In this document: positions 19,999-29,264 of the stretch, piece after piece
Layout: each line of letters begins with the position of its first letter
How positions within the stretch are numbered: the stretch's first letter is position 1
Origin: Prevotella sp.
Lineage (GTDB): Bacteria; Bacteroidota; Bacteroidia; Bacteroidales; Bacteroidaceae
NCBI GenBank assembly: GCA_022769285.1
Contig: JALEKD010000039.1
Location: 25,364-89,363, forward strand
Direction: 5' to 3'
DNA: 64,000 nucleotides
The notes under the pieces: generated by a model
The model's input: only the letters and a program-made list of their open reading frames with translations
Databases searched by the model: none
What the model was told of the DNA's origin: nothing
Translations under genes and position numbers: made by a program

Positions 19999-21855
19999 AT
20001 GGACAGAATGATGAAAGTGCGCAACGCACTAACCACCTTACTGGGCCAGCTGTTTGTTCCCCTACAGACCAATGCCCTCTTCTTTGTGAGCATGTATGTG
20101 CTTGGCGTCGCCGGCGAGTGGATTACGCTCCCCCATGTCAAGGGCGTGCATCTATATGATAACCTGTACCTCGAACTGTTCATCGACCTGTACGTGGCGT
20201 GCGTCGTCCTGACGCTGTTGCCAGTGGCGGTGCGCCGGTGGGTACGCCGGATACTCTACGTGGTGGCCTACACGGTGACCGTGATAGACACGTACTGCTT
20301 CTGGAAGTTCAAGTCGACCATCACGCCTACCATGTTGCTATTGGTAGACGAGACCGACGCGCGCGAAGCCAGCGAATTTATCAAATCGTACCTCTCTGCC
20401 GAAGTCATCACTAGTCCGGTGGGCTGGCTGCTACTCATCATGGTGGCCCATGGCGTGGCGGCCTGGTTCCACAAGCCTATTGGCGCGTGGCTCACCCCCC
20501 GCATCAGGCGGGCCATACCCGCGGCAGGGGCCGTCACGCTGGTGCTTGTAGTCGTAAGCATCTGCACCAGCGCCCACAACAAGGTGGCGCTGGCCAAGCT
20601 CATGTCGGCACGCACCATAGGCCAGGTGGAGCACACCCTGACCGACCCGGCACACGGTGTGCTGTACACCCCGGAGTGGCGGCTGGCCTTCAGCGTGTAC
20701 GCCAACTCCTTGGCTGCCCAGCAGATTAACCGTCTGGTGAGCCATGTCAACGATGTGCGGGTAGACAGCTGTTCCTACACCTCGCCCACCATCGTCCTTA
20801 TTATCGGCGAGAGCTACGGCAAGCATCACTCGGCCCAGTACGGTTACCCCATGCCCACCACGCCGCGCCAGATAGCCCGCGAGCAGCGCGGCCGCCTCAT
20901 CCGCTTCAGCGATGTGGTGTCGCCGTGGAACCTGACGAGCTTCGTCTTCAAGAACACGTTCTCCCTACATGTAGTAGGCCAGCCCGGCGAGTGGTGCAAC
21001 TATCCGCTCTTCCCCGAAGTGTTCCGCAAGGCCGGCTACCACGTCACTTTTCTCACTAACCAGTTCCTGCCTAAGGCTAAAGAGGCCGTGTACGACTTCA
21101 GCGGTGGTTTCTTCCTGAACAACCCTGTCCTGAGCAAGGCCCAGTTTGACACCCGCAACACCCAGGTTCACCGCTACGATGACGGGCTGCTGTCTGACTA
21201 TGACCACATCGTCCAGGGCTACACGACCGGCCATCGGCCCAAGGCCAACCTGTACATCTTCCATCTGCTGGGCCAGCACGTGGCCTACCGCGACCGCTAT
21301 CCCCACGACCGCACCCACTTCAAGCCGGCCGACTACAAAGAGAGCCGACCCGAACTGAGCGACAAGCAGCGCCGCCTGCTCAGTTACTACGACAATGCGG
21401 TGCTCTACAACGACTCTATCGTCGATCAGATATGCCGCCGCTTTGACGACCAGGACGCTATCGTCATCTACATGCCCGACCACGGCGAGGAATGTTACGA
21501 GGAGAACCGTGGCATCATCTGCCGCAACCACTCGGCCGCCATCGACTACGGCCTGGCCAAATATGAGTTCGAGATACCTTTCTGGATTTACTGCACGCAT
21601 CGCTATGCAGTGCTCCACCCGCATATCTTCAAGCAGGCCGTCGAGGCTAAGAACCGGCCGTACATGACTGATGCCCTCCCGCATCTTCTCCTGTATCTCG
21701 CGGGCATTGTCTCGCCCGACTACCAGTCGCGTTACAACCTGCTGAGCCCTGACTACGACGTGACGCGGCCCCGCCTGCTCAAGGGCAAGACCGACTACAA
21801 CCGCCTGGTACCGCCAAAGCCCTCGGCCGGCGCGGTGAAGAGTCCTTTCAAATGA
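19999..21855 (+). CDS. phosphoethanolamine transferase (EptA/CptA-like sulfatase family)
   Basis: N-terminal TM helices; IIGES, catalytic Thr region NLTS, HLLGQH, YDN and DHGE. Confidence 0.9.
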   Translation: MDRMMKVRNALTTLLGQLFVPLQTNALFFVSMYVLGVAGEWITLPHVKGVHLYDNLYLELFIDLYVACVVLTLLPVAVRRWVRRILYVVAYTVTVIDTYCFWKFKSTITPTMLLLVDETDAREASEFIKSYLSAEVITSPVGWLLLIMVAHGVAAWFHKPIGAWLTPRIRRAIPAAGAVTLVLVVVSICTSAHNKVALAKLMSARTIGQVEHTLTDPAHGVLYTPEWRLAFSVYANSLAAQQINRLVSHVNDVRVDSCSYTSPTIVLIIGESYGKHHSAQYGYPMPTTPRQIAREQRGRLIRFSDVVSPWNLTSFVFKNTFSLHVVGQPGEWCNYPLFPEVFRKAGYHVTFLTNQFLPKAKEAVYDFSGGFFLNNPVLSKAQFDTRNTQVHRYDDGLLSDYDHIVQGYTTGHRPKANLYIFHLLGQHVAYRDRYPHDRTHFKPADYKESRPELSDKQRRLLSYYDNAVLYNDSIVDQICRRFDDQDAIVIYMPDHGEECYEENRGIICRNHSAAIDYGLAKYEFEIPFWIYCTHRYAVLHPHIFKQAVEAKNRPYMTDALPHLLLYLAGIVSPDYQSRYNLLSPDYDVTRPRLLKGKTDYNRLVPPKPSAGAVKSPFK

Positions 21856-21862
21856 CACTGAC

Positions 21863-22984
21863 ATGAACGCTACCTACGATAACCGTCAACAGCTGCTCTC
21901 GCGCGCCGAGTGCAACATCCTGAGGGGCCTGGCCATCTTGGGCATAGTCCTGCACAACTACTGCCACTGGCTCGGGCCTATTGTCAAGGAGAACGAGTAC
22001 ACCTACGACCAGCACAACGTGGATGTCCTCCATCAGGTGCTCAGCCACCCTGATGGCTGTCTGCCTATCCACCTGCTCTCGTTCTTTGGCCACTATGGCG
22101 TGCCCGTCTTCCTCTTCCTCAGCGCTTACGGACTGGTGTGCAAGTACGAGCATGGCGGCTCCGCCACCCCCGGGGGCCATGCTCCGCTACCGCCGGCGCC
22201 ACGTTTTATAGCCTATCACTACCTCAAACTGTTCAAGATGATGATAGTGGGTTTCGTGGCCTTTACCGTGGTCGACGCCATGACCCCTGGCAGCTGGCAC
22301 TATACCGTCACCCAGATACTGGCCCAGTTCTGCATGGTCAACAATGTACTGCCCGACCCCGACCATCAGATATGGCCAGGGCCCTACTGGTTCTTCGGGC
22401 TCATGCTGCAGCTGTACATCGTGTACCGGCTGGTGCTGGCCCGCCGGCCATGGACTTACACGGTGGTGCTGATGGCTGTGTGCGTACTCCTGCAAATGGT
22501 CATGGAGCCCGACGGCGATACCATGAACCGGTACCGGTACAACTTCATGGGCGGCATGTTGCCCTTCGGGCTTGGCCTGCTCTATGCCCGCTACGGCCAC
22601 AGGCTGCACACGGGGCCCCGCGGTGGCTGGGCCTATGCCTGTCTGCTGCTCGGGTCGTGCCTGCTCATCTACCTGTGCAGCCTGTCGTTCTATCTGTGGG
22701 CCTTAGTGCCGGCTTTCGTATGCACCGCGAGTGTATGCGCCGTAAGGTGGCTGGCTGCCTGGCCCGCCGCGCTACACGCCCCCGTCACCACCGTACCGGT
22801 ATGGATGGGACAGGTGTCTGCGGCGCTCTTCGTGTGCCACCCCATCCTGCGCAAGGTGTTCATCCCCATCAGCCGGGGTGGCGATATATACACCGGACTG
22901 CTCTTGTACATCCTGGCCAGCATCTGCGTGGGCTGGCTGTTCAGAGAGGTAATGAAGAAGATGCCTAACCCACAACTCAAGTAA
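21863..22984 (+). CDS. acyltransferase family 3 (O-acetyltransferase-like)
   Basis: LRGLAILGIVLHN, GVPVFLFLSAYGL, WFFG; multi-TM. Confidence 0.85.
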   Translation: MNATYDNRQQLLSRAECNILRGLAILGIVLHNYCHWLGPIVKENEYTYDQHNVDVLHQVLSHPDGCLPIHLLSFFGHYGVPVFLFLSAYGLVCKYEHGGSATPGGHAPLPPAPRFIAYHYLKLFKMMIVGFVAFTVVDAMTPGSWHYTVTQILAQFCMVNNVLPDPDHQIWPGPYWFFGLMLQLYIVYRLVLARRPWTYTVVLMAVCVLLQMVMEPDGDTMNRYRYNFMGGMLPFGLGLLYARYGHRLHTGPRGGWAYACLLLGSCLLIYLCSLSFYLWALVPAFVCTASVCAVRWLAAWPAALHAPVTTVPVWMGQVSAALFVCHPILRKVFIPISRGGDIYTGLLLYILASICVGWLFREVMKKMPNPQLK

Positions 22985-23985
22985 TGAAGCAGACGACTAT
23001 AGACTGGGGCTGCCTGTCCCGCCACCGAGGACAACTGATGGGAGTGTCCATCTTGTTTATCGTGCTGTTCCACATTGGCCTGCCGCGAACCGACGCTTTC
23101 TTCGGGCTCAAGCGCATGGGCAACGTGGGGGTCGACCTCTTCTTCTTCCTCAGTGGCATCGGGCTATGGTATGCCTGGTGCAAGCGTCCCGAAACATGGC
23201 ACTTCTACCAGCGGCGACTACTGCGCATACTGCCGGCATGGCTGGTGGTGGCCACGGCGTTTTATCTGCCTGACTACTTAGGGCCCCAGCGGTTCTCGTC
23301 GAATCTGCCCGACCTGCTGGGCGACATTACCATCAACTGGGACTTCTGGATACACGACGAACTGACCTTCTGGTACATACCGGCCACCCTGCTGCTGTAC
23401 CTGTTAGCACCATGGTACATGCGGCTCATACAGCGCGATGCCGTGTGGCGGTGGCTGCCCGTACTGATGATACTGTGGTGTGTGGCCGTGCAGCACGTGG
23501 CCCCCATACACGCGGCCGTGGGACACATCGAGATATTCTGGAGCCGGGTGCCCATCTTCTTTATCGGCATAAGCATGGGCGAGTGGGTTCGCCAGGGCCG
23601 CACCACCACACCGGGCACCCCCTGGGCGCTAACCCTGACCATGGCGGTGTCACTGGCCCTGTGCATCTACCTGGAGCAAGCCCTCCATGGGCGGTTCCCC
23701 ATCTTCCTGGAGCGCATGGCCTACATCCCCCTGACCATATCGGGGGCCCTGCTCATGGCCCAAGGCATCAGCCTGCTACCCGCACGGGTGACCAGCATGC
23801 TGACCATGGTAGGCAGCCTCAGCCTGGAGATATATCTTATACACAGCCACTTCGTCCTCACATGGATAGAGCCGTGGCGGCTGGGCTACTGGCCCACTTT
23901 CGCGCTGTGCCTGACCGTGACGCTACCCGTGGCATGGCTGCTACACTATATACTACATAAAGTAATGAACGCATGGAGCCTATGA
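22984..23985 (+). CDS. acyltransferase family 3
   Basis: IVLFH, GVDLFFFLSGIGL, RLLRILP, WYI and SLEIYLIH. Confidence 0.87.
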   Translation: MKQTTIDWGCLSRHRGQLMGVSILFIVLFHIGLPRTDAFFGLKRMGNVGVDLFFFLSGIGLWYAWCKRPETWHFYQRRLLRILPAWLVVATAFYLPDYLGPQRFSSNLPDLLGDITINWDFWIHDELTFWYIPATLLLYLLAPWYMRLIQRDAVWRWLPVLMILWCVAVQHVAPIHAAVGHIEIFWSRVPIFFIGISMGEWVRQGRTTTPGTPWALTLTMAVSLALCIYLEQALHGRFPIFLERMAYIPLTISGALLMAQGISLLPARVTSMLTMVGSLSLEIYLIHSHFVLTWIEPWRLGYWPTFALCLTVTLPVAWLLHYILHKVMNAWSL

Positions 23986-24869
23986 CTACCAAACTGAGTG
24001 CTGCGCTGCGCATCATACGCACGCACCAATGGATAAAGAATGTCTTTGTACTCATCCCGCTGTTCTTCGGCGAGGCCCTGACCGACCCGGCAGCCCTGAC
24101 TGCCGGCTGCATCACCATGGTGGCCTACAGCTTTGCCGCATCGGCCATCTACTGTCTTAACGACATCATCGATGTGGACGCCGACCGTGCCCATCCCGTG
24201 AAGTGTAAGCGACCCATAGCCTCGGGCGAGGTGTCGGTGCGCGAGGCTTACGGACTGATGGCGCTCATGCTGATACTCTCGGCAGGGGTGGTGGCGCTCT
24301 TGGACAACGCCCTGGCTGTGGGGGGCATCATAACATTCTACGTGGCGCTCAACGTGCTGTACTGCGTAAAACTGAAGGACAGCGCCATCATCGACGTGTG
24401 TATCGTGGCCTTCGGATTTGTGCTGCGCATCTTAGCCGGAGGCGTGGCCACGGGTGTCGTACTCAGCAAGTGGATTGTGCTGATGACCTTCCTGCTCGCC
24501 CTGTTCCTCAGCTTTGCCAAGCGGCGCGACGATGTGCTCCGGATGGATGCTACTGGCGTGGCCCCGCGTAAGAATACCATCCGGTACAACCTCACCTTTA
24601 TCAACCAGGCGATAACCATCACCGGGGCAGTCATGCTGGTGTGTTACATCATGTACACGGTGTCGCCCGAGACCATCGCCCACTTCCACAGCGATTACTT
24701 GTACCTCACCAGTGTACCCGTGCTGGTCGGGCTGCTTCGCTATATTCAGATAGCGGTAGTAGACAAGAAGAGCGGAGACCCCACCAAGGTGGTACTCAAG
24801 GACCGCGCCACCCAGCTTATCATCCTTGCCTGGTTTTTAGCCTTTGTTTTCTTTATCTATATCGTATGA
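23973..24869 (+). CDS. polyprenyl-phosphate phosphoribosyltransferase (UbiA family, Rv3806c-like)
   Basis: RTHQWIKN, YCLNDIIDVDADRAHPVKCKRPIASG and KRR motifs typical of DPPR synthases; start may be 23982. Confidence 0.88.
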   Translation: MEPMTTKLSAALRIIRTHQWIKNVFVLIPLFFGEALTDPAALTAGCITMVAYSFAASAIYCLNDIIDVDADRAHPVKCKRPIASGEVSVREAYGLMALMLILSAGVVALLDNALAVGGIITFYVALNVLYCVKLKDSAIIDVCIVAFGFVLRILAGGVATGVVLSKWIVLMTFLLALFLSFAKRRDDVLRMDATGVAPRKNTIRYNLTFINQAITITGAVMLVCYIMYTVSPETIAHFHSDYLYLTSVPVLVGLLRYIQIAVVDKKSGDPTKVVLKDRATQLIILAWFLAFVFFIYIV

Positions 24870-25468
24870 GAAGAGTTTTCGCCTTTGACTTTGACGGCAC
24901 GCTGACCACTGCCGATACGCTGATAGCCGTGATACGCTATGCCCGGGGTACGGTGGCCTTAGCCGTGGGTCTGCTGTTATACAGCCCCATGCTCGTGCTG
25001 ATGAAGATGGGGCTCTACCCCAACTGGAAAGCCAAGCAGCGGCTCTTTGCCCACTTCTTCGGCGGGTGGAGCTTAGCCCGCTTTGACTGCTGCTGCCAGC
25101 AGTTTGCCGCTACACACAGCCATCTGCTACGCCCCGAGGGCATCCGCCTCATGCGGCAGGCGCTGGCCGAGGGTGCCCAGGTGGCCGTCGTGAGCGCCAG
25201 CATAGACAACTGGGTGGCCCCGTTCTTCGACGGCATGGGCGACGAGGCTCACCGACCGCTGATTATCGGCACCCGGATAGAGGTAAGGGGCGGCCGACTG
25301 ACGGGACGATTCTGCACGCCCAACTGCTATGGCCCCGAGAAAGTACGGAGACTGCACGAGACTTTTCCGCACCGCGACACCTATACCCTGACGGCCTTTG
25401 GCGACAGCCGGGGCGATAAAGAACTACTCGAAGATGCTGACGAACGACACTACAGACCCTTCCGCTAA
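24866..25468 (+). CDS. HAD-IB family phosphatase
   Basis: FDFDGTLT, VSAS, GPEK and GDSRGD; ATGA overlap at 24866. Confidence 0.9.
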   Translation: MRRVFAFDFDGTLTTADTLIAVIRYARGTVALAVGLLLYSPMLVLMKMGLYPNWKAKQRLFAHFFGGWSLARFDCCCQQFAATHSHLLRPEGIRLMRQALAEGAQVAVVSASIDNWVAPFFDGMGDEAHRPLIIGTRIEVRGGRLTGRFCTPNCYGPEKVRRLHETFPHRDTYTLTAFGDSRGDKELLEDADERHYRPFR

Positions 25469-25838
25469 CCGCCGGCGCCAGACCGTGGGCGAGGTGATAC
25501 GCTTCGGACTGGTGGGGGGCACCGCCACCCTACTACAGTACGGAGCCTACTGGCTACTGCTGCACTGGCTGGCTCCCACGCTGGCCATGACGGTGGCCTA
25601 TGCCATCAGCTTTGCGTTCAACTTCTACGCCTCGACCCGGTTCACGTTCCGCGTAAAAGCCACGGCCCGCCATGGCGCTGGGTTTGCCCTCTCGCACGCG
25701 GTAAACTACGTGCTGCAGATGACCGTGCTCAACGCGGCCCTGTGGATGGGCATCAGCGACACGCTGGCCCCCATTCCCATGTTTGCCATCTGCGTGCCGG
25801 TAAACTTCGTGCTGGTGCGCTACTTCCTTAAAAGATAA
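25434..25838 (+). CDS. GtrA family lipid-sugar flippase
   Basis: IRFGLVGG, four TM segments, RFTF motif. Confidence 0.88.
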   Translation: MLTNDTTDPSANRRRQTVGEVIRFGLVGGTATLLQYGAYWLLLHWLAPTLAMTVAYAISFAFNFYASTRFTFRVKATARHGAGFALSHAVNYVLQMTVLNAALWMGISDTLAPIPMFAICVPVNFVLVRYFLKR

Positions 25839-25842
25839 CGAC

Positions 25843-27261
25843 ATGGACAAGATAACCCTCCGCACACTTCTCTGGCCCCGCCGCGACGAGCGGCCGATGA
25901 TGACAGCCGTGTTAGTGCTGTTAGTGGCCCTCAACGCGCTGACCATAGCACACTACCAGGGCTTCTTTACGCCGCAGGCTGACAACTACTGGAACCTATT
26001 CGTGACCCGCTTCCAGGTATCGGGGTTCGATCCCATCTCCTATTACGTCATCTCAGACTGGGAAGCCCGCTATAACGTGTACAGACACCCCTTGTTGGCG
26101 TTCGTGATGTGGATTCCGTATCTCATTAACCGCGCGCTGATGATCCTGACGGGCATTAACTGCGCGCTGTACATCATGTGTGCCATACAGATAGTGGCGG
26201 CGTGGTACGCGTTTCTCTTCCTGTACAGGCTGATACACGATGTGCTGGCCGTGGCCAAGACGGATGCCCGGCTGCTGTGCTTCTTCATGTACTCCTTTGC
26301 CATGGTGATGGTAACGACCATGGTGCCCGACCACTTCGTACTCTCGCTCTGCCTGCTGCTGTTCACCCTGTATGTAACGGGACTCTACCTACAACGCCAC
26401 AGGGCCATGGGGGTGTGGGCCACCATCGGCCTGTTTGTAGCTACGGCCGGCATATCGCTCAACAACGGTCTGAAGGTGTTCATGGCGGCCCTGTGGGTCA
26501 ACGGGCGCCGTTTCTTCCGTCCCCAGTTTATCTTGGGTGCCGTGCTGATACCCGCCATCGCGCTATGGTGGGGCTGCCGCAACGAGTATCACTATCTGGT
26601 GGCACCCGGCGAGAACGCCCGCCACGCAGCCAACGCCAAGCGCAAGGCTGAGCAGCGACAGCGCGAAGCCGAGCGACAACGACAGGCAGCGGTCACGATG
26701 ACCCTGAAAGCGGCCACCGACAGCGCCCACCGCACTGCGGCCGCACCGGCCAAGCCCAAGGCTAAGCGTCAGCCCAAGAAGGGGGCTCCGCTGATGGAGG
26801 GAGAGTTCATGCGGTGGACAGACATGACCACCCCGCGGTGGGCGTCTATCGTGGAGAACCTGATGGGCGAGTCTATACAGCTACATCCCGACTACCTGCT
26901 CCAGGACGAAAGCCGCAGCCGCCCCATGATTATCAAGTATCGGTGGGCAGCCAACTATGTGGTCGAGGCCATCATCGCCATGCTCTTCGTGATGGGCATC
27001 TGGTGTGGGCGACGCAACAGGCTACTGTGGGTGGCCCTCTCGTGGTGGGCCATGGACATGGCGCTGCATGTGGGCATAGGCTTCGGCCTCAACGAGATAT
27101 ACATTATGACGGCCCAGTGGATATACGTCATCCCCCTGGCCATGGCCTTTCTCTTCAGCAACAACCGCTGGATGGGCCTGAAGCGTGGTCTGGTGGCCGC
27201 CCTCACCCTATACCTATATATATATAACGGCTACTTTATTATAGACTACATGCTATGTTGA
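25843..27261 (+). CDS. DUF6080-like polytopic membrane protein, putative GT-C glycosyltransferase (paralog 1)
   Basis: TM1, then loop SGFD...RHPLL, VPDHF, SLNNG, GES and GFGLNE; about 10-11 TM. Confidence 0.75.
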   Translation: MDKITLRTLLWPRRDERPMMTAVLVLLVALNALTIAHYQGFFTPQADNYWNLFVTRFQVSGFDPISYYVISDWEARYNVYRHPLLAFVMWIPYLINRALMILTGINCALYIMCAIQIVAAWYAFLFLYRLIHDVLAVAKTDARLLCFFMYSFAMVMVTTMVPDHFVLSLCLLLFTLYVTGLYLQRHRAMGVWATIGLFVATAGISLNNGLKVFMAALWVNGRRFFRPQFILGAVLIPAIALWWGCRNEYHYLVAPGENARHAANAKRKAEQRQREAERQRQAAVTMTLKAATDSAHRTAAAPAKPKAKRQPKKGAPLMEGEFMRWTDMTTPRWASIVENLMGESIQLHPDYLLQDESRSRPMIIKYRWAANYVVEAIIAMLFVMGIWCGRRNRLLWVALSWWAMDMALHVGIGFGLNEIYIMTAQWIYVIPLAMAFLFSNNRWMGLKRGLVAALTLYLYIYNGYFIIDYMLC

Positions 27262-28676
27262 GAATATTGAGAATTAAACCCGGCGAGCGTCTCGTAGCCC
27301 TGGTGGCGCTGCTGATTATCGCGGCGCTCAACGCGCTGGTTATCGTACACTATTACCCGGAGCTGTCAGCGATGGACGTAAACTATCACGACGTGGCTCG
27401 CGACATGTTCCACATATCTGGCTTCGACGCCTGGAGCTACTCGGTGGTGTCAGAGTGGAGCGGCTGGCAGTACAACATATACCGCCACCCGCTGCTGGCC
27501 ATCTTCATGCTCATACCCTGCCTCATCAACCAGGGGCTGATGGCCCTGACGGGTGTCAACTGCGCCATCTTCGTGGTGGGAGCCATCGAGATATTCTTCG
27601 GGTTCTACGCGGCGGTGTTCTTCTTCCGTCTGCTGCGCGAGGTGGTGGTCCTGAGCCGGGCCGACGCTACCCTGCTCACGCTGATGCTGTTCTCCATGGC
27701 CTACATCATGCTCACGGTGATGGTGCCCGACCACTTCAATCTCACCCTGTGTATGATGATGGTGACCCTCTACGTTGCCGGACGACTGATGAGGGCCGGC
27801 CGGCCGATGAAGCTATGGCACACGGTGGTGCTGTTTGTCTTCATGGCGGGCGTGTCGCTCAACAATGGTATCAAAGTGTTCTTAGCCGAGCTCTTCACCA
27901 ACGGCCGGCGCTTCTTCAGGCCTCGCTTTCTGCTGTGGGCCGTCATCGTGCCCTCGGCAGCCATCTGGGCCGTGACCTCGATAGAGTTTCATGTGTGGGC
28001 AGCGCCCTTGGAAACTGCCGCCAAGGCGAAGATGGAAGCTCGGGATAAGTTTGTGCGCGACAGCATCTACATGGCATACACCGACACGGCCACCACGCAG
28101 AACCCGGACAGCATACGCATCGGGGTCAACAAGATTATCAAGCGCATGGCCATCGAGAAGTACCGGCGCAACCACGCCAACCCACGCATAGGCGACCCCA
28201 TGTCCAAGAAGGGCTTCCTGGCATGGACCGATGCCAGCACGGACCGCTGGCGGAGTATCGTGGAGAACCTGATGGGCGAGTCTATACAGCTACACAGGCC
28301 ACACCTGCTTGAGGACATACTCAAGGACAACCGCCCCATGATAGTTAGCTATGAGCAGGACTACCACTACTGGATAGAGGCCCTTGTGGCGGTGCTCTTC
28401 GCGGCTGGCATCTGGTGCGGACGGCGCAGCAGATTCTTCTGGATGGCCCTGTCGTGGTGGGCGGCCGACATGGCCATACACGTGGTACTGGGCTTCGGGC
28501 TCAACGAGGTCTACATCATGACCGCGCAGTGGGCTTTCATCATCCCGCTGTCCATGGCTTACCTGCTACGGGCCACCCACGGACGGACGGGCCTGGCGGT
28601 GAGGGGCGTGATAGCCGCGCTGGCCGCCTACCTCGTCCTCTACAACGGTAGCCTCATCGTGGGCTACCTTATCTGA
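27255..28676 (+). CDS. DUF6080-like polytopic membrane protein, putative GT-C glycosyltransferase (paralog 2)
   Basis: Same motif series as the preceding gene; tandem paralog. Confidence 0.75.
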   Translation: MLRILRIKPGERLVALVALLIIAALNALVIVHYYPELSAMDVNYHDVARDMFHISGFDAWSYSVVSEWSGWQYNIYRHPLLAIFMLIPCLINQGLMALTGVNCAIFVVGAIEIFFGFYAAVFFFRLLREVVVLSRADATLLTLMLFSMAYIMLTVMVPDHFNLTLCMMMVTLYVAGRLMRAGRPMKLWHTVVLFVFMAGVSLNNGIKVFLAELFTNGRRFFRPRFLLWAVIVPSAAIWAVTSIEFHVWAAPLETAAKAKMEARDKFVRDSIYMAYTDTATTQNPDSIRIGVNKIIKRMAIEKYRRNHANPRIGDPMSKKGFLAWTDASTDRWRSIVENLMGESIQLHRPHLLEDILKDNRPMIVSYEQDYHYWIEALVAVLFAAGIWCGRRSRFFWMALSWWAADMAIHVVLGFGLNEVYIMTAQWAFIIPLSMAYLLRATHGRTGLAVRGVIAALAAYLVLYNGSLIVGYLI

Positions 28677-28986
28677 CACCAACCTAAAGACAGAAGACAT
28701 GACTATGACCGCGGTCGGTGGTGGTTCACCCACCCGAGGTGGTGGCCATAAGCGATCAGTTTCCTGATATACAACTACCGACTTATCCCCCGAAAATATT
28801 TGTGCTCTCGGCGCTGACCAAGCATACTCACAGGAAGCTGTCAGCAGCAATGCCAGCACTCCAAGAGCCATATAAACATTCTTCAAATAGTAGATATGCT
28901 ATGAGCAAGGGTAATAAAAATAAAAATGCCTTGCAACAAAGAGAAATCAGCCACCAATATTAAGACACTACTGCTAAAAAATGAAA

Positions 28987-29250
28987 GTAAAAGGGCTCCC
29001 TGCGCACAGGCGCTGGCTTACAGCGCACCAATGGCGGCCGCAGAAATCGTGGAGACCGGTCTTTACGTTTCCCGGAGCCGTCTTTAGCAAGTTGGGACCC
29101 ACCTTTAGAAGTCTAAAGACGGGTCTTTTCATTTCCCGCGATGAACATTGGTATGCAGCAAGCCAGCGCCTGTGCGCAGGGAGTCCCTTTTACCTTTGTT
29201 ACTCTTTTACCTTTTCACCTCTATACATCCCCATTGGGGGCTTGGGGGCT
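28987..29250 (+). repeat. composite MITE/REP-like element (family A, copy 1)
   Basis: Near-perfect 33-34 bp inverted repeats at 28987-29019 and 29160-29193 around a 21-bp-period CTTTA cassette, followed by TACATCCCC..GGGGGCT. Confidence 0.8.
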
Positions 29251-29264
29251 ACAGCCCTTCTCTC

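Noticed and set aside
23973-24869. UbiA as a quinone-biosynthesis prenyltransferase (MenA/UbiA)
   Set aside because: The QWxKN and HPxKxxRPIASG motifs and the HAD-GtrA context fit the phosphoribosyltransferase subfamily
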